NCBI GenBank assembly: GCA_028534125.1
Contig: CM052821.1
Coordinates: forward strand, 8,618,001 to 8,682,000
Length of the DNA: 64,000 bases
Origin: Lama glama
Lineage: Eukaryota
Direction of reading: 5' to 3'
Shown here: positions 59,575 through 64,000 of the stretch, one piece after another
Layout of the letters: the number at the start of each line of letters is the position of its first letter
Position numbering within the stretch: the stretch's first letter is position 1
The notes under the pieces: generated by a model
Told to the model about the DNA's origin: nothing
The model's input: the letters and a program-made list of their open reading frames with translations, nothing else
Databases searched by the model: none
Made by a program: the position numbers and the translations under genes

Positions 59575-60960
59575 GTTCCAGACATTTTAACAGTGCTGAT
59601 TCTTCCAATTCATGATCATGGAGTATCTTTCCATTTATTTGTATCATCTTCAATTTCCTTCATCAATGACTTCTAGTCTTCAGAGTATATAGGTCTTTTA
59701 CCTCCTCAGTATTTCTTCCTAGGTATTTTATTCTCTTTGATGCAATTGTAAATGAGATTGTTTTCTTGCTTTCTCTTTCTGATAATTTATTATTAGTATA
59801 TAGAAAAGTAACATATTTCCATATATTAATCTTGTATCCTGCAGCTTTACCAAATTAATTTATTAATTCTAATAGTTTTTGGGTGGAGACTTTAGGGTTT
59901 TCTATATATGGCATCATTTATGTATGTATGTATTTTTTATTAATAGACTTTATTTTTTAGAGCAATTTCAGGTTCACAGCAGAATTGAGCAGAAAATACA
60001 GAGTTTACACATATCCCTCCCTACCCACATATATATACTCCCCTACCCTCAACATCCCTCATCAGTTTGTCATATTTGGTAGAATCGATGGACANNNNNN
60101 NNNNNNNNNNNNNNNNNNNNNNNNNNNNNNNNNNNNNNNNNNNNNNNNNNNNNNNNNNNNNNNNNNNNNNNNNNNNNNNNNNNNNNNNNNNNNNNNNNNN
60201 NNNNNNNNNNNNNNNNNNNNNNNNNNNNNNNNNNNNNNNNNNNNNNNNNNNNCCATCTTTTCATTCCTCCCTCCCCCCCAAACTCCTGGAAACCACCATC
60301 TTTTTATTGTTTCTGTAGCTTTGTATATGGCATCATTTCATCAGACAGTTTTACTTCTTCCCTTCCAATTTTAATGCTTTTTCTTTCTTTCTTTCTTTTT
60401 TTTTTTTTTTTTGTCTGATTGCTGTGGCTAAGACAGTACCCCATTGCAGGCTGGGATGCATGCTGGGGCAGTCCTGACAAGCTGGCCAGAGCCCCAGGCA
60501 GTTTTCAATCTGCTGCCTTCATGCTGTGACCAGAAGTAAGCAAATCTGTGTGCGCTCTCTTCAAGAGCAGAGTCTTGGTTCTCTTATAGCCCTCTAATAA
60601 ACCCCATGGGCTTTTAAACCAGTGAAGGGAGGCTTGTCTTCCTGGTGTCAGACCCCAGGGCTGGGGTGCCTAGTATGTGGCTTGAAGCCCTTCCTTACCA
60701 GGGAGGATTCCCTAGCCTGTGATATCCCCCTCCTCTTTTTGTCCCCCAATGTGGGTCCTGACTAGATCACTTCTGTTTACTTCTTACCAGACTCCATGTG
60801 GAAATATCTTTACAACCTTGGCTGTAGAAGAGCTGTTTTGATAGTTCCCAAGTTGACTTTAGTGACAGTCACTCTGTATGTAGTTACAGTTTTGGTTTGT
60901 TTGTGAGGGGAGGTGAGCCCAGTGCTTCTACTCTACCAGCTTGATCTCCTCCCAACTTCA
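59575..60960 (-). mobile_element. L1 fragments, antisense (ORF2 piece, nested 3' end, 5'UTR-like piece)
   Basis: gattcttccaattcatgatcatggagtatctttccatttatttg; ttagagcaatttcaggttcacagcagaattgagc; cttgtcttcctggtgtcagaccccagggctggggtgcc. Confidence 0.8.
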
Positions 60961-61134
60961 GGTTTTTTTATTCCTCAAGTCTTCTGTTCAATCTCTCTGC
61001 CTCTATACCTGTGAATTCTGAAAGAAAAACCTGATAACTCTCTCTGGTTGTGTGTATGTCGAAAATTTCTGTTCTTCTCATGTCTCTCTGGGAGAGAGAC
61101 TTTCTTTCTACCCCAAGCCTTGGCTTCTGTAGCA

Positions 61135-61410
61135 TTGGAGAGCAGGGTGGGAAGGGACAGACTGGGAGTTCAAGATTTGTAGATACTGACAGGTATATAT
61201 ATATAGAATAGATAAACAATTTTATGCTGTATAGCACAGGGAAATATATTTAAGGTCTTGTAGTAGCTCACAGTGAAAAAGACTAAGAAAATGAATATAT
61301 ATATATTCATATATGACTGAAAACTTGTGCTGTATACCAGAAATTGACACAACATTGTAAACTGACTATAACTCAATAAAACAAAACAAACAAACAAACA
61401 AACAAAAAAC
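61135..61410 (+). mobile_element. L1 3' end with a (CAAA)n tail
   Basis: gggaagggacagactgggagttcaagatttgtagatact..tgtatagcacagggaaatatatt..aactcaataaaacaaaacaaac. Confidence 0.9.
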
Positions 61411-64000
61411 TCATGGAGGCCAGAAGGCAGTGAAATGACATATTTAAGGTGTTCAAAGAATGAGAATATTACAAAGAAGTCTATAGCCAGCTAAATAATT
61501 GTTCAGAAATAAATGTTGCTTATTACAAAACCACAGCAATTAAAGCAATGTGATGCTGGCTTAAAGATAGATATACAGATCAATGGATTAGAATTTAAAC
61601 CCACATATTTGTAGTCAATTGATAGCCAATCAAGAGTACCAAGACAGTCAACGGGGAAAAGTACTTTTCAACAAATGATATGGGGACAGTTAACTATATG
61701 AAAAAAAATAAAGTTGAACCCCTGCCCCATATCATACACGAGACTTAACTCAAAATGCATCAAAAGCCCAAATGTAAGAACTAAAACTATAAAACTCTTA
61801 GAAGAAAATAGACAAAAATATTCATGATTATGGGTTAAGCAATAGCTTCTTAGATATAACACCTAAACCACAAGATACAAAAGAAAACATAGATAAATTG
61901 AACTTTATCAAAATTAAAATCTTTTGCACTTTAAAGACACTATTAGAAAACTGAAAAGATAGCCCTAAGAATGGGAGAAAATATTTGCAAGTCGTATATC
62001 AGACAAGATTCTAGTATTCAACTATACTAAAGATTCTTGCAGCTTAAGAACAAAAAGGCAAATAACCCAATTAGAAAATGGACATAAGTTTGGAATATAT
62101 ATTTGTCCAAAGTTGATATTCAAATTGCCTGTAAGTACAAGAAAAGTCCTCTACGTTGTTAACAATGGGAGAAATACAAAGCAAAATAACACAATGCCAC
62201 TTTACACCTATTAGGATAATAATGGTGATGATGATGATGATGATGATGATAGACAGTAACAAGTGTTGGAAAGGATATGAAGAAATTGAAACTCTTACAT
62301 TTGGGATGTAAAGTAGTATAGCCACTTTGGAAAACATTTTGGCAGTTCTTCAAAAAGTTAGAGTGTTATCATAAGAATCAGCAGTTTCACTCATAAGAGA
62401 GCTAAAACATATGTTCACACAGANNNNNNNNNNNNNNNNNNNNNNNNNNNNNNNNNNNNNNNNNNNNNNNNNNNNNNNNNNNNNNNNNNNNNNNNNNNNN
62501 NNNNNNNNNNNNNNNNNNNNNNNNNNNNNNNNNNNNNNNNNNNNNNNNNNNNNNNNNNNNNNNNNNNNNNNNNNAACAAAAACACTATTCAGCAAGGTTA
62601 CTATTCAAATTTGAAAGAGAATAGAGAGTATTACAGACAAGCAAAAACTAAAAGAGTTCATCACCACTAAATTGGCTTTACAAGAAATGTTAAAGGGACT
62701 TCATTAAGTGGAAAAGACAATGCCACAAGGAGAAATATGAAAATTACAAAAGGAGAAATATCACTGGCAAAGACAAACATACAGTAAAGGTAGTAGAACA
62801 ACCACTTATAAAGGTTGTAGGAAGGTTAAAAGACAAAAGTAGTAAAATCATCTATTTGCACAATAAGTAAGGGGGAAGGTATAGCTCAGTGGCAGAGTGC
62901 ATGCTTAGCATGCACGAGGTCCTGGGTTTAATCCCCAGTACCTCCATTAAAATAAATAAATAAGCCTAGTTACCTCCCTCTACCAAAAAACCCCCACAAT
63001 AGGTAAATAAGGGATAGACAAAACAAAAAGATATAAATATGATGGCAAAACATTAAACATGGTGAGTGGGAATTAAAAGGTAGGGAGGTTACAGTGCATT
63101 TGAACTTAGGAGATCATCAACTTAAAATAATCACATATATATAGATTGTAATATATGAAACTATGGTAACCGCAAACCAAAACCTTATACCAGATAGACA
63201 CACAAAAAAGAGAAAGGAATCCAAACATAACACTAAAAACAGCCATCAACACAAGAGAAGAGAGCAAGAGAATAGGGGACAAGAAAGAAAAAAAAAAAAA
63301 GAATGAACTACAGAAACAACAAGAGAAATTACCAAAATGGCAGTATGTACATGTCTATCAATAATTACTTTAAAAGTAAATGAAGGAGATGCTCCAATCA
63401 AAAGACAGAGCTGTTGAATGGATGAAAAATCAAGACCTATGTATAAGGTGCCTACAAGAGACTCACTTCAGACCTAAAGAAACACATACTGAAAGTGAGG
63501 GGATGGAAAAAGGTATTCCCTGAAAGTGGAAATTAAAAGAAAANNNNNNNNNNNNNNNNNNNNNNNNNNNNNNNNNNNNNNNNNNNNNNNNNNNNNNNNN
63601 NNNNNNNNNNNNNNNNNNNNNNNNNNNNNNNNNNNNNNNNNNNNNNNNNNNNNNNNNNNNNNNNNNNNNNNNNNNNNNNNNNNNNNNNNNNNNNNNNNNN
63701 NNNNTATTAACAAACATGAAGAGAGACATTGAAAATAATACAAGAATAGTAAGGTTCTTTAACACTTCACTTACATCAATTGACAAATCATCCAGACAGA
63801 AAATCAAGAAAACAGTGGCCTGAAATGACACATTAGACCCTATGAACTTGATACATGGAACATTCCAACTGAAAGCAGCATAATACATGGTCTTTTCAGG
63901 TACACATGGAACATTGTCCAGGATAGATCGTATGCTAGGCCACAAAACATGCCTTGGTAAATTTAAGAAAACAGAATTCATATCAGGCATATTTTCTGAC
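61410..64000 (+). mobile_element. L1 fragments, sense (ORF2 3' part, then ORF1 end / ORF2 endonuclease region of another copy)
   Basis: cagatcaatggattagaattt; gaatgggagaaaatatttgcaag; cctacaagagactcacttcagacctaaaga; acatggaacattgtccaggatagatc. Confidence 0.9.
62871..62994 (+). mobile_element. tRNA-derived SINE (Vic-1 type) nested in L1, with TSD
   Basis: gggggaaggtatagctcagtggcagagtgcatgcttagcatgcacgaggtcctgggtttaatccccagtacctcc, flanked by cacaataagtaa / cacaataggtaa. Confidence 0.92.

Noticed and set aside
62225-62250. Poly-His / poly-Ile ORFs
   Set aside because: A (GAT)n microsatellite inside an L1 fragment.
1-64000. Prokaryotic-type systems (CRISPR, operons, defence islands)
   Set aside because: The sequence is mammalian; no repeat-spacer arrays or bacterial gene organisation were seen.

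Overview
Mammalian genomic DNA. It is very probably a camelid (alpaca/camel), judged from two tRNA-derived Vic-1-type SINEs. It is syntenic with the human C12orf54-OR8S1 interval, and all genes lie on the minus strand. Contents: (1) three long olfactory-receptor ORFs of the OR8S subfamily (8272-9207, 18549-19487, 32045-32986) plus a 3' OR remnant near 37.4 kb, the first two sitting in a ~6.7-kb tandem duplication; (2) a complete spliced C12orf54 orthologue that I reconstructed by hand from seven GT-AG coding exons (57733 down to 44407, 127 aa), not visible in the ORF track; (3) three retroposed host RNAs: a UBE2E3 processed pseudogene, a GLUD1 processed pseudogene, and a polyadenylated 28S + 3'ETS pre-rRNA fragment; (4) abundant L1, L2, MIR, LTR and SINE debris with several N gaps. 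The most interesting observation concerns the middle OR. It has lost its canonical ATG (GTG at 19487), but a candidate upstream mini-exon ending ATG|GTGAGT (20599) splices in frame to a CAG acceptor at 19502, which would make it a split-exon, N-terminally extended OR. Its tandem paralogue kept the ATG and lacks that donor. Gene and repeat names come from my recognition of the sequences, not from database searches, and repeat boundaries are approximate.
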